DNA of 64,000 nt from Phoronis australis (taxonomy: Eukaryota > Animalia > Phoronida), in contig NMRA01000014.1 of the NCBI GenBank assembly GCA_002633005.1, forward strand, positions 1,787,079 to 1,851,078, read 5' to 3'. Below are positions 41,081-54,183 of this stretch, piece by piece. The notes under the pieces are model-generated. The model saw only the letters and a program-made list of their open reading frames with translations. It was not told where the DNA came from and searched no databases. How positions within the stretch are numbered: position 1 is the stretch's first letter; every line of letters begins with the position of its first letter. The translations under genes and the position numbers were made by a program.

Positions 41081-43798
41081 AAAAGTTTGATGGTTTACGA
41101 GTAACCTTATTCCTGGACTCAAAAAATGCTCACATTCTACATTTTAATTTAATTAAGTCAATGCGTCTCACAAAGGCTCAATCTGTCTAAATACCTGCAA
41201 TATGCCTGGCAAACCAGAAAATTATGTTAAGTATAAATGATGGATGGTACACGTATATATCATTTATGCAAGCGTCTTTGTACTTTTATGTATTTCAATA
41301 TTATTGTCTGAGGACTTCAAGTTCAATAAAGTTGTTTAGCTGTATTCACTCACACACTACCAGTCATTGGTTGTCAACAGAACGAGCCAAAACAAAGCGC
41401 ACATATGAACAAATATAACTGATGGTTTTCAAAGATGGCGATGCAAACCTTTATGTAACCTATTTTGACAAATACTTATACCTTTGCATGAACTTGCTTT
41501 TAATGTGTGGCGATAAGTTACAAGTGGATAGACCTAAGATTTGGAAAAACTAGAAATATAAAAACATAAAAAACATCGTAACATACGAATCGCATTAAAG
41601 TAAATAGAATAATAGCACAGGAAATAAGCTGCGGAAGGCGCACAAAGTTCTAGAGACTTATTTACACTATGGTATAATTAATTCAAAGCTTTGAATGTGC
41701 TCACTCAAAAGCAGCCTTATCATGGTCTCCTTACAAAATGACAGTAGACAATGTAACCGCGTGGTCTTCCGCTTAAATGTAAATACCAACACATACCACA
41801 AACGGCTTCGATTGTACGGGTTTCATTGACAACATTTTTTTTCACATAATCCCGCTACAAAGACGAAACATTTTCATAAAGTCTTTGGTAAACAAATTCC
41901 AGGTCATAGGTGGGGTAAAAAAGAACTCTGTTATGTAGCCACAACGTATAAACCCCACGGCAATTACACAAGACATACTTTTTGAAATGTTCTTTAACAC
42001 CAATAGGGTCGCTTAAAGACGAAACCACACTGAGATTGTTGCATCGAAGTTGTGTTGCAGCCTGGTTCATATCCACAAACGACACAATAAAAAGTCGTTC
42101 TTCTTTACACGAGGACATGAAATCATGAAATTTGCTGATTAAATTTCATATCACTATTGAGAGCACACTGATGGGAAAATCAGCCAACCTTATCCATTAT
42201 AATTTTGACACTACTTTTATTTGCCAGTGCCTCGGATCGCCTGCATGATAAAATCATTTTTAACACGGCATGGAAAGGTTCTAAAAACACCTTCTTGAAT
42301 AGGCCAAAAACCCTAGGTGGCTCGTCCTTTTTTTCGAAAATCGAGTCAGTGATGTGCTATTTTTAATTGCTCCATTTTTCAAAAAAGAAAATCCACCTGA
42401 GGGGAGAAAAAATTATGTAGGAATGGGATTTGTTTTTGCTCATCGCTTGGCAAATCGTGGCGTTTCAAAGCTTGCTTACCTTTCCTTCCGTGGCTTTGTG
42501 CAGCTTCTCAAAAAACATCAAACCTTTGCTGATTAAAAGGTGATGTGGACGGCCTTTTTGGGTGAGTGCAGGTCTCAAAATGAGTTGGATACAGATCTGA
42601 ACTAACTTTTGTCTGATCTGATTTAAATTGCCTTTGTGGTGAGTAAGAAGCAATGCTTGTGATGAATGCTGGAGTGGCATTGAATACCAAGTCATGGCTG
42701 GTGTAAACTTTCAGAGCAAAGATAAGTCACAGCTCCTGTACTTGGTTAAAATAATGACTGTATTCTCATGCAAAAGACACGCCTGTGTGCACGAACTGAT
42801 CTCAATCAAAACCTGCATGTGAATTCATACACGTGTGTCCACTCATAAAATGGCAAAAATTTGCTAGGAACATGTTTGCAATGAAGTTCAGATGGATCAA
42901 ACATGCTTAGCATATTCCCGCATGTTTTTAGGAAGTGAATTCACACCAATTTCTCTGTTGTTGCCAATAAAATACTACGCTTTCTGATATTCACAATGCT
43001 GGTCATTGCTTGCTTAAAATCACGCGACTGTGAAGAAGAGGCAAAGAACAGACGGAAAGAAAACCACCAGCGAGACACAAACAAACCACACATCACTTTC
43101 ATTGATGACATGTGTAGAATACGACAATAGTCAGAATAGCGCAATGACAGCAGCTTTTCAATGTTAAATATCAAACTGATCAGCCTAACTTCAGGTGAAT
43201 GTTCAAATCTGTTTTCAAACTTTGTTACGCATAGGGCCAGAAATTTGAGAAATGTGATAAAAGCAAAGGTCACCAATGTCCCAAATTTCAGAATTGGGTA
43301 AATTCGAATTCAGTTCGGATTTTGGTGTCCAAAATTTAGAGACTATCCAAAATGGAAGCATTTTTCCATAGCACATCACATTCCAGAATTCACATCTAGT
43401 GTGTTCAATCGCTACTGGTGCGAATCAACTTGCAAGTTTTCAAGCTGTCAACTGTAAGTTACACGATCACTTAAAGTGGAATTGGACTATATGAATTAAG
43501 GCAATTATTTTGTTTACATTTTTGAGGTGCAGAAAGTGGCCTTTAACAATGTATCCTACATTATTATAAAGCAGCAAACCAGTTTCACAAAAGAAATAAA
43601 CAAATTTTGATTTAGACTTTTTATAGCTATCCAATTCAGCTGGAAGGTGGCTTCAGGACATACATTTTATCATTGTTTGACATAACAAATCGGCAGATAA
43701 AAAACCAGTTGCAACAAAACCACTTGAACAGCTTGGTTTGGGGCGATCATGAATTGTCAGCTCTTTCCAAGCCCAGAATCACCTTTAATTTTAAAGAG

Positions 43799-44046
43799 CA
43801 GGGCTTGGAATGACCATTGATAAAAAAGAGGAAAATTTTCCAGGTGATGTGTCGTTTCACAAACAAATAGGCTTGGGTGATAGAAATATTTTTTGTGTTG
43901 AAAAATTTAACAGAAATAAACGTTTTTCCATGAACATAGTCAAACTGAAGATAAAAAAGAGACAAAAAAGGAACAGGAAATCAAATAAGAGGAAATTGAA
44001 ACCAAATAGAGAAAATCATCTTAAAAGAGGAAATTTCCAAGCCTTG
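43799..44046. mobile_element. Older, shorter MITE related to the 62131 element
   Basis: CAGGGCTTGGAAT...TTTCCAAGCCTTG, TSD aaagag on both sides, gaggaaa subterminal repeats. Confidence 0.8.
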
Positions 44047-44484
44047 AAAGAGGAATGTTTTGAAACCAATTTTGTTAGGATAACTAGTCTAAATTGAAAG
44101 TTAATCTTTGTGACTGAAGGTGAGTTATTTTATAGCCACTTTAAATGCTCTTGCTTTATACCCTACAATGAACAGACACCATGACACTGACCTATATGCA
44201 CTATCATTACAATCAAAGTGCCTGATACCGCAATGCATGAACTAAAAAAACCTCGTCAGTGTCTGAAGCAACTCACCGCACGACAGAAATGAAGTGTCAC
44301 ACCCATTAGGAAGAGACGGAAAAGACCAAATGATTTACTGTTTCCATTGACCTTGTTACTCGGGGGCTGAGGCCTTATATGACACCTACATATTTCTATT
44401 CAAACTTTTAATGTGAAGCTGAAAGTCGGTCACAAAAACACTGTGCAATAGTTGCTATAATGACTATTATCATTGGTAAGTTCA

Positions 44485-44488
<4 letters not shown>

Positions 44489-44529
<41 letters not shown>
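44489..44529. repeat. (ATT)n/(ATC) microsatellite
   Basis: Visible directly. Confidence 0.95.
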
Positions 44530-45074
44530 CTTGTGTTATTACAGACATGCAGCATATGTGTGCTGCACATTTCATAATATGTTTTATCATGATTAAACAG
44601 AAAATATTCACCGTCTATTACAGAAACTGGCACATAGACGGTACATAACTTACATGGCTGTCTCATGTATGCGCAGCAGGACTTAAATAAATTTTTGTTA
44701 TTGTTACTAACCCTACAGTAGCATTAGGGTTCTTTTCTCATTTCATAATATGTCATTTGTCATACTTCCTCACCATATCCTCACCAATTTCATGTAACTG
44801 GTGCTATTCATGTGTTATGACAGAATGTAGTCTTCAATAGTCCATGTTGGCCAGATGCATTTCTGTTACCGTGGCAACACAGTCAGTTTCAATGTTACTG
44901 TAGTGTCCTTGGGTTGGATACTGTACCCTCGTTTTACAACAGGGTTTGAACAAAAGAGGGCGTTTTTGGAATACAGTGGTCTCAATAATGGTTATTTTTA
45001 GAAAAAAAGAACATAAATTATGAAAATTGCAAGTAATTATCCTGTTCCTTCAACAGTCCTTGAATGACACTAAC

Positions 45075-45190
45075 CTGGGCTTTCTCCCTTCATAACCTGG
45101 TCCGTGCCAGTTTTAGTCTCCTGTCCAATTTCTTCACTCTCCTCCTCAGGGATAGGAGTGATGCTGTACCGAGACTGGAAGGGTGAAGCC
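45075..45190 (-). CDS. PARN: PARN exon, disordered C-terminal region: ASPFQSRYSITPIPEEESEEIGQETKTGTDQVMKGESP
   Basis: 116 nt open frame, ttccag/gttagt; phases link the 49707 exon to the terminal exon. Poorly conserved, so assigned by splice signals and phase. Confidence 0.75.
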
Positions 45191-45717
45191 CTGGAACATG
45201 TATTAAAGTGTGAAAGGACAATGACATCTTTTACATGTATCTCCACTCTGAATCAAATTTGATTGTCAGAGGTATCTATGCAACTGGGATCTCCATTGGA
45301 CTGATGTACAACCTCCAGTAAAAAGTGTGTGGAATGGTATCACCAGGACATGAACTAAAGGAGTGCGTCATTACTGTGTATTATAAGTGTTTATAAACAA
45401 TGACAACTTAAGGTCAATATTTCTGGTCATAAGAGCTGGGGGAGGCATGGAAAAATTCTGCAACAACTTTGCGTGTCGGAGAGGCGTGCGTGTACTATGA
45501 ACTTTGTGCACGTCACAAAACCGACCATATGAAGGTGAAGAGCAGATTGTGTGAATGAGAGCGTGTTTGCTTTATTTTACAGCATCATGTCAATAATTTC
45601 ACATTTGCCTTTCAAATTTGAGAGAAATAGTTCTTGTATACAAAAAATAGATGACCTATTCAATTGTTCTTTGTCAATAGACTGAGATGACATTATTAAA
45701 AATGTGATAGGACTGAC

Positions 45718-45876
45718 CAGTGGCGGATTTAGAGGGAGGCCATGGCCCCCTTTTAAATTATCCAAGATTCCATTTGACAATTCGGAGGTGCAAATCTCTG
45801 ACGGGCAAAATCCTGGCTTACCTAGTACTCTTCCCTGCCACCCTCCCCCCAACTCAAAATCCTGGATCCGCCCTTG
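45718..45876. mobile_element. hAT-like MITE family A (5-bp TSD ctgac)
   Basis: cagtggcggattta...ggatccgcccttg with ctgac on both flanks. Confidence 0.85.
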
Positions 45877-46141
45877 CTGACTGGCACATTTAATTAAACC
45901 TACTTTGACCTTCTGAGATGCAACAGTTGACATACACAAGTCCTGTTGATGGAGCATGGCTTTAAATCCCGACTGGGTGCTGGTTACATTGGCGGGCGTA
46001 CTGATCTTAGTTGATGATGCAACAGTTTGAGTCAGGATGATGATAGTCTTCTACCATCCAATTGAGAACAAAAATGTGACGAGTAAGCCAGCTATAAAAC
46101 TTACGACTACAAGTCCTCAATCCTCCTTCCCCATAACAATC

Positions 46142-47780
46142 ACCATGGGCAGATTTAGGGGAACCCAAGGGTCCATCCCCCAATCTCATGAACACAGCCA
46201 GAAAATCCGTTGGCGTTCATTTACAACCTATGCGACAGTCTTGTGTTGATAACTGAGGTTGGACTCCTTTCTCATAACATCCTAGATCTCCCAGGGGGTG
46301 CTGAAAAGATGGCGACTCCCACTGTTCCATTCACACTTTGTGAACTTCAAAGCCGCACCGAATAGGGAGGTGGAGCCCAAAGCTGCATTCTATACCTACT
46401 GAATTTGAAGGTGCACTGCATAAGCCCATGTAATAGCCATATCTTGTAAACCTCAAAGGGGCATGGAATAAGCTGTCAATGCAGCATGAGGGGTCTGAAG
46501 GGGCACTGGGTAGGTATGTGGTGCACAAAGCAGAGTCCACATCCTCTAGGCTCCGCATGGTACTAAATAGGCAGGTGACACTCAAGAGTGCAAGCAAATA
46601 TCTTGTGGATCTTAAAGGGGCACAGAATAGGCGGACAACTGTTCATTTCTCACATGGCCAGGAATGTGTTACGACACGACTGGTTAATAACACTGGGTAC
46701 GTAATTTTTTGATATTACATGGGTGAATCATAAAGTAATGCAAAGTAGACGTTTTATTGTCTGCAAAACACTAAAACAACCAAACGCGCGCAAACCAAAC
46801 AATGCCGGAATTCCAAGGTGACAAGGCTATGACTGACAAATCGGGTGTCCCAAATGTACGTGCTCCCAGTCGGAAGGACATGCAAACAACTTCTTAAACG
46901 GACCCATCTGCGGTGGCGAATTCCATATCCACGTTCATTCAAATGGAAACGAGCCCCAACNACCATGGGCAGATTTAGGGGAACCCAAGGGTCCATCCCC
47001 CAATCTCATGAACACGGCCAGAAAATCCGTTGGCGTTCATTTACAACCTACGCGACAGTCTTGTGTTGTTAACTGAGGTTGGACTCCCTTCTCATAACAT
47101 CCTAAATCTCCCAGGGGTTGCTGAAAAGATGGCGACTCCCACTGTTCCATTCACACTTTGTGAACTTCAAAGCGGCACCGAATAGGGAGGTGGAGCCCAA
47201 AGCTGCATTCTATACTTACGGAATTTGAAGGGGCACTGCGTAAGCCCATGTAATAGCCATATCTTGTAAACTTCAAAGGGGCATGGAATAAGCTGTCAAT
47301 GTAGCATGAGGGGTCTGAAGGGGCACTGGGTAGGTATGTGGTGCACAAAGCAGAGTCCACATCCTCTAGGCTCCGCAAGGTACTAAATAGGCAGGTGACA
47401 CTCAAGAGTGCAAGCAAATATCTTGTGGATCTTAAAGGGGCACAGAATAGGCGGACAACTGTTCATTTCTCACATGGCCTGGAATGTGTTACGACACGAC
47501 TGGTTAATAACACTGGGTACGTAATTTTTTGATATTACATGGGTGAATCATAAAGTAATGCAAAGTAGACGTTTTATTGTCTGCAAAACACTAAAACAAC
47601 CAAACGCGCGCAAACCAAACAATGCCGGAATTCCAAGGTGACAAGGCTATGACTGACAAATCGGGTGTCCCAAATGTACGTGCTCCCAGTCGGAAGGACA
47701 TGCAAACAACTTCTTAAACGGACCCATCTGCGGTGGCGAATTCCATATCCACGTTCATTCAAATGGAAACGAGCCCCAAC
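46142..47780. repeat. 819-bp direct duplication across a single-N join (46142-46960 and 46962-47780)
   Basis: About 15 substitutions counted by eye; n at 46961 lies exactly at the junction; probably two haplotypes placed in tandem. Confidence 0.9.
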
Positions 47781-49706
47781 TCAAGAAACGTGGCAAGACT
47801 GTCTAGCTGTGCTGTCTCAAGGTCAATTCAGTGCTCACCCATGGGGAAGCCTTGCTGATTTTTTAATAAGTTTTAATATTACAACATTACTTCAATGACC
47901 ATTTATTAGATTCTAACTTGAATACTTGCTACGAACACTGAATGCAATTTACAGTCGTTAAGTTTAAAATACAACTTAACAAATAGTACCTTAATTACTT
48001 TACATTGCACTAGAGCGTGTTTTTACAAAAGTTGCGTCGTGTAGTCGAAAATTTTTGACACGTCGAGTTTTTCAACAAATAAGATTGTTTTTACAGTTCA
48101 TGCGAGCCTCGGGATTTTGACGAAATTTCCAAGAGGTTTTGCCCATGTCATAAACCTGAGACGAGTGTAGGATTCTATATACATATATCTTGCATCAGAC
48201 CCAAGGCTCAGAACTCACCAAAGAATCTTGATGTGACCTCTGTACACTAAAACCACATACGACATAGGCATCATTACCTGACTAGTGCATTGCAGCCAGC
48301 CCCAGAAAACCGTATGCCTAAAATGCCCTACACCCAATTCCCCACACAAAAAAGGGACACATATTCACTTGTAAGTAATACCAAACAAAGAGTGTTAATC
48401 AGTGCAAGCCTGAGGAACATCAATCAAATACAGATTTCATCAGCCAAATGCCACACCAACATAGTCAGACAATGACAAAGTGGTCTGTGTTGGCTATGTC
48501 CTAGATAGAGATTGGCTATTTGTCAACAACAATGCAGCTTCCAAAGAATGACATTGTAATAGCTTGGTAAAATGCAATGACATCACTTAATTCAAAGCCA
48601 GTTGCCACAGTTTGCTGACTTGTGGATAAACTGAAGGATTCCATGTCAAAACGAACCAGTCCTATAGTCGCACATGTCCATGAGCGGACTCCAGAAAAGA
48701 TTTTAAGCTTGCATCTTTTGTGCGCTTGCGGTTTAAAGTACACACACATTAATTCCGCAGCCTGGGTTTGGTTTTGTCAAGACGTACACTCTCGTTTCAT
48801 TTGAAACGTTTATCTCCCATGAGTCCCATGGGTACGTGAAATGGAGGTCGAACTAGCTAAATAGCGGCAAAACAAAACCAAATAAATGTCGCCTATAGTT
48901 TGTTTTCATAATGTCTTCGCATTAGAATGAGCTGCACCAAAGCCACTGTGAAATGGATTAGTTCATTTCAAATAGGTAGAGCTAATTGCTAGTTCGACAA
49001 ATATAAAAGCTGATAACAAACCAGTGTTCCGTGAAGGTAAAACAAGTTACCATCACTTACAGCCATTAAAACGTGTCCCTTACTTAGATATCACCAACAA
49101 TCATTCCATACTGCAAGAGACTATGCATGGCACATAAATAATGCATCATGACAACCACGGATCTAAGGCTTCTGTTCAATTCTGAGCTGGTGAACCGTTA
49201 CGTTGGCCTTAGGAGGTTTGTCTAGTATGTTTTGTTTGCCACTTATAGATTAGAATTAGAGTTAATACATCATTCTTTAAACTTCAACATTACCAAAGAC
49301 ATGGCAACAAGTGTGGACTACCACTCCACATACTCATCTGTGGCTAATAAGATACACAGTCCCCAATGCAGAAATCTAGAATGTTCATTTTGACAAAGCC
49401 GAGAATCCAAATTGAGTCATCGGAGTGACAGGTGTATGTCTTAACCACAGCAAAACAGGATTGATAACACCAGAAGCATGCTTGTTATAATTTTAGGGTG
49501 TCTGTACAACAAACCATATTAGGATGTGGACACCCATCACTGATTTCGAATTTATCTCTAGTTTTAGAGGCTGTCATTCAAGGAAAGAACATAAGCCCAC
49601 AGTCAAACAGTTGAAAATAAAAACAGTGAAAACTCAGTGATTTGAGGTAATTCTACACGTCACATTCAAGTGGAATTCAAGGAAAAAACAACGCAACTAA
49701 ACTCAC

Positions 49707-49857
49707 TGAACATTGAGTGACTTTGTTTTCTTCGATGGCAGATCGACATCAGACTCTGGGGTTCGGGGCCTCTTTCTGGAGCTAGCTTGGCGCTTGAAAT
49801 CGCTAAAAGTCATAATTCTGTACAGGTCGCCTTGGCCTTTTGCTAGCTGCTTCAGTA
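49707..49857 (-). CDS. PARN: PARN exon, RRM end plus basic NLS-like region: LKQLAKGQGDLYRIMTFSDFKRQASSRKRPRTPESDVDLPSKKTKSLNV
   Basis: 151 nt, tttcag/gtgagt; YRIMTFSDF corresponds to YRIQTYAEY; phases match both neighbours. Confidence 0.9.
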
Positions 49858-51182
49858 CTGAAATGATATTGCACTGCGACATGAATCAGCTTCATACTTT
49901 TTGCTAAGCTCATATTAGGTTGCTATCTCACTGTGTCACAAAGCAATTACGCCACCTTACCAGATTTTTACTGGTCACTTATATCTGACATCATGACTTC
50001 AAGCATTATTAAAATGGACTTTGAGAAAAATAAATTAAAAGCTTCTAATAGGAAATTTTGGTCTAGTTCGTGTCTGTTTTGTCCATGAAAATACCTTACA
50101 AGAATAAATTTCGAAAGCATCTTCTTGAACTTGAACGTATGCTATTTCAGCTTCATTTTTTAATATCTGAATTCAACACATGCTCTGCCCTCTATTGACA
50201 ACAAAGTAAACCAGAACCCCCTGGTGGGAGGATTCAGAACTGTGAATGGAATAGACTATGAAGCACAAACAACAATATCCATGGTTTCTTGTTATCTATG
50301 TCATTGACAAGAACCAACACAATGCCCTCAAGAAGAAGCATCAAAACCACAATCTATGGTCAATGTACAGTCCAGTATTGTACGGCTCAGAAAAACTTTT
50401 GTTACAGATGGTATCTATCAGAACTTTTATACTTTCAGCTACAAATGCAACATAGAAAGAAGCGCATTAGTTTCAACAATTCACAGGATATAAAATCAGC
50501 ACTCGTATGTCTTCGATATCACGGAAAACTGAAAATTCACCAAAACTGCAATAAGAACTCACGTCCTTGCATATGTACGACAAGAAAATAACCACCAACA
50601 TATATTACAGGGTTACTAGAAACCTTTCTCTTTCACATATCCCAGTTGTACCCAGTGATAGGTAAAGTTTTAACACTTACATAGTACCGAGTACACGCTT
50701 TTTTCATGCCTGACGTCAGATAACGAAATGAATTAGTTATAATGAGGAAAGGAATGGGATGTAGATAAGAGAATATTACAATGCAGAGCTTGTGAGACAA
50801 GAATTGTGTTGATGAAAAAGTAACATAATGGAAACACTCTGGCAATCTAATAATATATGAGGAAGGAATATTGTCCATTGACGTGTGTGAATCAAATGAC
50901 TTCCGTTCTGATCACAGTTCAGTGCTCGCCTGTTATGATCATAGTCTAATATTCATAGGTACTAAACAACTTGTGCGCATACAGTCAAGCCGTGTTTGTG
51001 CACGTACAGCCACATCCCACCTTGACGAACCTCCTGAGCCTTTCTAAAATGTTTATTGGAACCGAAGTTCGCTTAACTAAATCAATACAGTAGAGTTGAC
51101 TTGTAAAATGGGGGATTTTAAGAAAGAAGACATTGCACATGAGATGATGTAACACGGTTCCACTACAGTGTATACTGGCACT

Positions 51183-51292
51183 GGTAATAGTCACTTACAG
51201 GGGTCCCGTATTTTGAGAACCAGTTTTCTCCATTGAACAACAGGCATCAAACTGGTTCTCAAAATTCGGGACCCTTGTAAGTGACTATTGCT
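51183..51292. repeat. Palindromic interspersed repeat with arms of about 44 bp
   Basis: ggtaatagtcacttacaggggtcccgtattttgagaaccagttt / aaactggttctcaaaattcgggacccttgtaagtgactattgct. Confidence 0.9.
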
Positions 51293-51357
51293 CCTAAGGT
51301 GACGCAAACCAGTCACACAGTGTAACCGGTGAAATGTTTAGAACACGCATTTAGTAC

Positions 51358-51432
51358 CTGATGGGGCCTCTTCTTTCTTGTGTAACACAATAAAAGCTGA
51401 TGTCTCATCTATCCAACACACTTGAACAGTAC
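51358..51432 (-). CDS. PARN: PARN exon, RRM with cap-binding Trp: TVQVCWIDETSAFIVLHKKEEAPS
   Basis: 75 nt, ttccag/gtacta; WIDETSAF matches WIDDTSAF. Confidence 0.94.
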
Positions 51433-51569
51433 CTGGAAGTAAGGAACAAAAATCTAAAAATGACATATTAATAATACTTTTCATAATAAACTAATTTTTA
51501 ACATGATCCTTTCATAGATAAAAGCGAGATACAATATTACACACGCATAAGAAGACATATTAGTACGAG

Positions 51570-51680
51570 AGCTATCACTTTTTGACTAGCTGAAGTCCTT
51601 ACTCAAGGGTCGAGCAGTGTGGTCAAGTACGATTTGAACCCGTGACCTTGAATCTGCCCTTAGGCTACATTAACACCACA
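51570..51680 (-). mobile_element. tRNA-derived SINE remnant
   Basis: Minus strand shows a B-box-like ggttcaaatc followed by a cccttgagtaaggactt SINE core-like sequence; no intact cloverleaf. Confidence 0.5.
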
Positions 51681-52207
51681 TGTTATCTATGGAGCATAAT
51701 CGAAGACTACAAACCAACAGGGACAAGATTTGCAACAGGCCTAACTAGCAATCTGCAATACTTATGGTATATTTGAACTTTCATCTCGATATCGTAAAAA
51801 TCTAAAAGATTTAAATTGTCAACATCCATATTTTTGAAAAAACAAAAAGGTAGCTTCATCTAACTGAATTTACTGGAGATTAGTGATTTATTTTTAACTG
51901 AGAGCAAAGTCCAAAATCAAAAAAGAAGAATTTTAATAGTAATTTTACAAATAAATCAGAAAAGCACAGCTAAAATACAATCTCATTGCTTTTAAAAATT
52001 CACCAGTAATGCCTCCCTAAAGCAGAATATGTTTAATAAGATTTAACACGCCTTTAATTTAGCACTGTTTTATTGAAATCCGCACCAATGAAAGCTGTCA
52101 CCAAAATTTACCAAATTTGACAGAACATTTTACTATTAATGTGCTGATAATCGTCAAAACAGAAATGACACGAAAAAGTTAAACCAAGCCATAGTTAAGC
52201 AAGGGCC

Positions 52208-52390
52208 CAGGTAACTGCTGCAGTTAACTGTAACAGGTAACTGCTACAGGTAACTGCAACAATTATCTGCTACAGCTAACTGCTACAGGTAACTGCAACG
52301 ATTATCTGCTACAGGTAACTGCTACAGGTAACTGCAACAATTATCTGCTACAGGTAACTGTGGCAATTATCTGCTACAGGTAACTACGAC
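52208..52390. repeat. Minisatellite of acaggtaactgct / aattatctgct units
   Basis: More than ten tandem variants of 11-13 bp visible directly. Confidence 0.9.
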
Positions 52391-52444
52391 AGCCAAATGC
52401 TACTTTTTCATCAGTCATCAAAGCTATTGAGTATGTTGCCTTAC

Positions 52445-52531
52445 CAAATGGATTGAAGAGCACAAATAAGTCAGATATCTTCCACGATGCTGGGAAACTA
52501 ATGTGGAACACATGGTCTCTGCTAGGCTGCA
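52445..52531 (-). CDS. PARN: PARN exon, RRM start: QPSRDHVFHISFPASWKISDLFVLFNPF(G)
   Basis: 87 nt, tttcag/gtaagg; matches [26 protein letters not shown]. Confidence 0.95.
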
Positions 52532-52931
52532 CTGAAAGCACATCANCGAAACGTTACAAAACATAATAAAAGAAGCAGCTACTAAGAAACAAAGTCTTAT
52601 GAAAGCACTGATGACAATAAAAAGAAGGTTGTTAACATAACGATATTCTGCAAGACTTTGACTAGGGGACATACAAACAAATTGCCACCTTTTCATTGAA
52701 CTAGAGCGATCACAGCAAAACTATTACTGAGGTTGAAAAAATGAACATTGCTGCTGTTGAAGACAAAGCACCGTTGGAATACATGGCTTGGCTGGTAATT
52801 TTATGCATCAAAAACAATATCGCTGTGACATGAATTAAAGAAACACTCTGCCTTAATTCACTGAAAGATTTCTAATAACCACATAACCATTAGTCATGTC
52901 ATAAGCAATGGAAACATTCGGGTGAACTCAC

Positions 52932-52984
52932 AGTCTGGCCCGGCCAAGTTTAAGTATGGGATATCCAGCATCCTCACGTTAACC
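52932..52984 (-). CDS. PARN: PARN exon: VNVRMLDIPYLNLAGPD(L)
   Basis: 53 nt, ttgtag/gtgagt; DIPYLNL.GPDL motif. Confidence 0.94.
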
Positions 52985-53069
52985 CTACAAATTCAATGTA
53001 AACACAGGTATGTAATACACAGACAATAATGCTCCGTGGCAAGGAGTATTTAGCTAACATGCACTTATT

Positions 53070-53193
53070 CAAACTTGGTTGAAGACATGACTGTAATTTT
53101 ACTTAGACAACTTAGAAGATAGAAGATTGTATAGAGTATGAGCGAGTATAAGCTGTCTAACAAAAAGTACAGTTGTGTCTTCAACCAAGTTTG
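53070..53193. repeat. Palindromic element
   Basis: caaacttggttgaagaca..ttagacaactta / taagctgtctaa..tgtcttcaaccaagtttg. Confidence 0.85.
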
Positions 53194-53504
53194 TGTAAAT
53201 GAAGGGCTGCTACCAAACTACACTACGATACTGACCAGGACTTTCATTGGGAGTTGGCAAGATTGTGTTCTAGTGTCGAGGACATCCTGCAGTACATGTA
53301 CAAATTAAGTAGCCAGACACGGATCACATCCTGCATCACATTAAGGTTACTCAGATATGAGCGTACTGTATAAACAGGAATGAAACCTTTCCAGAAGCTT
53401 AATATACACAATGTTAAGTTAAAACTAAATTGGCAAAGATGAAATTGAAAATGGACTCGAGGGTATTTTAAGGCATGATCACAATAAGTTCATGTGTCAC
53501 TTAC

Positions 53505-53574
53505 TTGTTCACAAATGGCTGGATAAGTGAGGACGTGGGAGGTACATGTACTTGCTCAGGCTTTTGAAATGTCC
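53505..53574 (-). CDS. PARN: PARN exon: (G)TFQKPEQVHVPPTSSLIQPFVN(K)
   Basis: 70 nt, ttgtag/gtaagt; aligns with vertebrate GSFLSPPKIHVS..SKLIEPFFNK. Confidence 0.9.
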
Positions 53575-53619
53575 CTACAAAAATCGCATCAACAAATTGC
53601 AAACCAGCTTAGAAGAGAT

Positions 53620-53790
53620 TGAAAACCAGGTCAGTTTTAGTAAGAGTTATTCACCAGTAGATCACATTATCAAACTCCCAAGGTTTTATTCAGAAACATA
53701 TGAGCAGAACACATAGTTGAATACTTTATTATAAATTTTTCAAAGACCTTTGAAAGAATCCCTCACAAATCATTTTTTTGTAAAACTCCA
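53620..53790 (+). mobile_element. Degenerate LINE reverse-transcriptase fragment
   Basis: ENQVSFSKSYSPVDHI...INFSKTFERIPH corresponds to the RT motifs Q.GFR...ST.DHI and DFSKAFD.V.H, with frameshifts. Confidence 0.7.
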
Positions 53791-54183
53791 AAGAAGAGTC
53801 GGTCTCAAGATAACTTTGTGAAGCCACTGTGTAATTCAATGAAGATCTGGCTGAATTTGCTTACAAATAATCCTGGTAATATACAAATATCCATGCTCAG
53901 CCAAGTGACTTGACAGCGACAGTTAGAACCAATGTAAAACAGCATTGGCAATGTCTTGCCCAAGTTGTCTTTGAGTCATCATACATGTAGATGTATTGAA
54001 AATTATGGGGAAAAACATAGATTACTTATTAAAATTATGATTAAATACATACATTATTTATTAAGCTAAAAAGTCTGAAATGCTTCCCAAAAATACTCTA
54101 CGTGTCGATCAAACCATTGACCAGCGCAGACAGCAAAGGGAGATGAAAGAAAACAAAAAGATGAAGAAAACTGGTAGCAAACC

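Noticed and set aside
51620-51680. tRNA gene
   Set aside because: Only a B-box-like remnant with no cloverleaf; treated as SINE debris.
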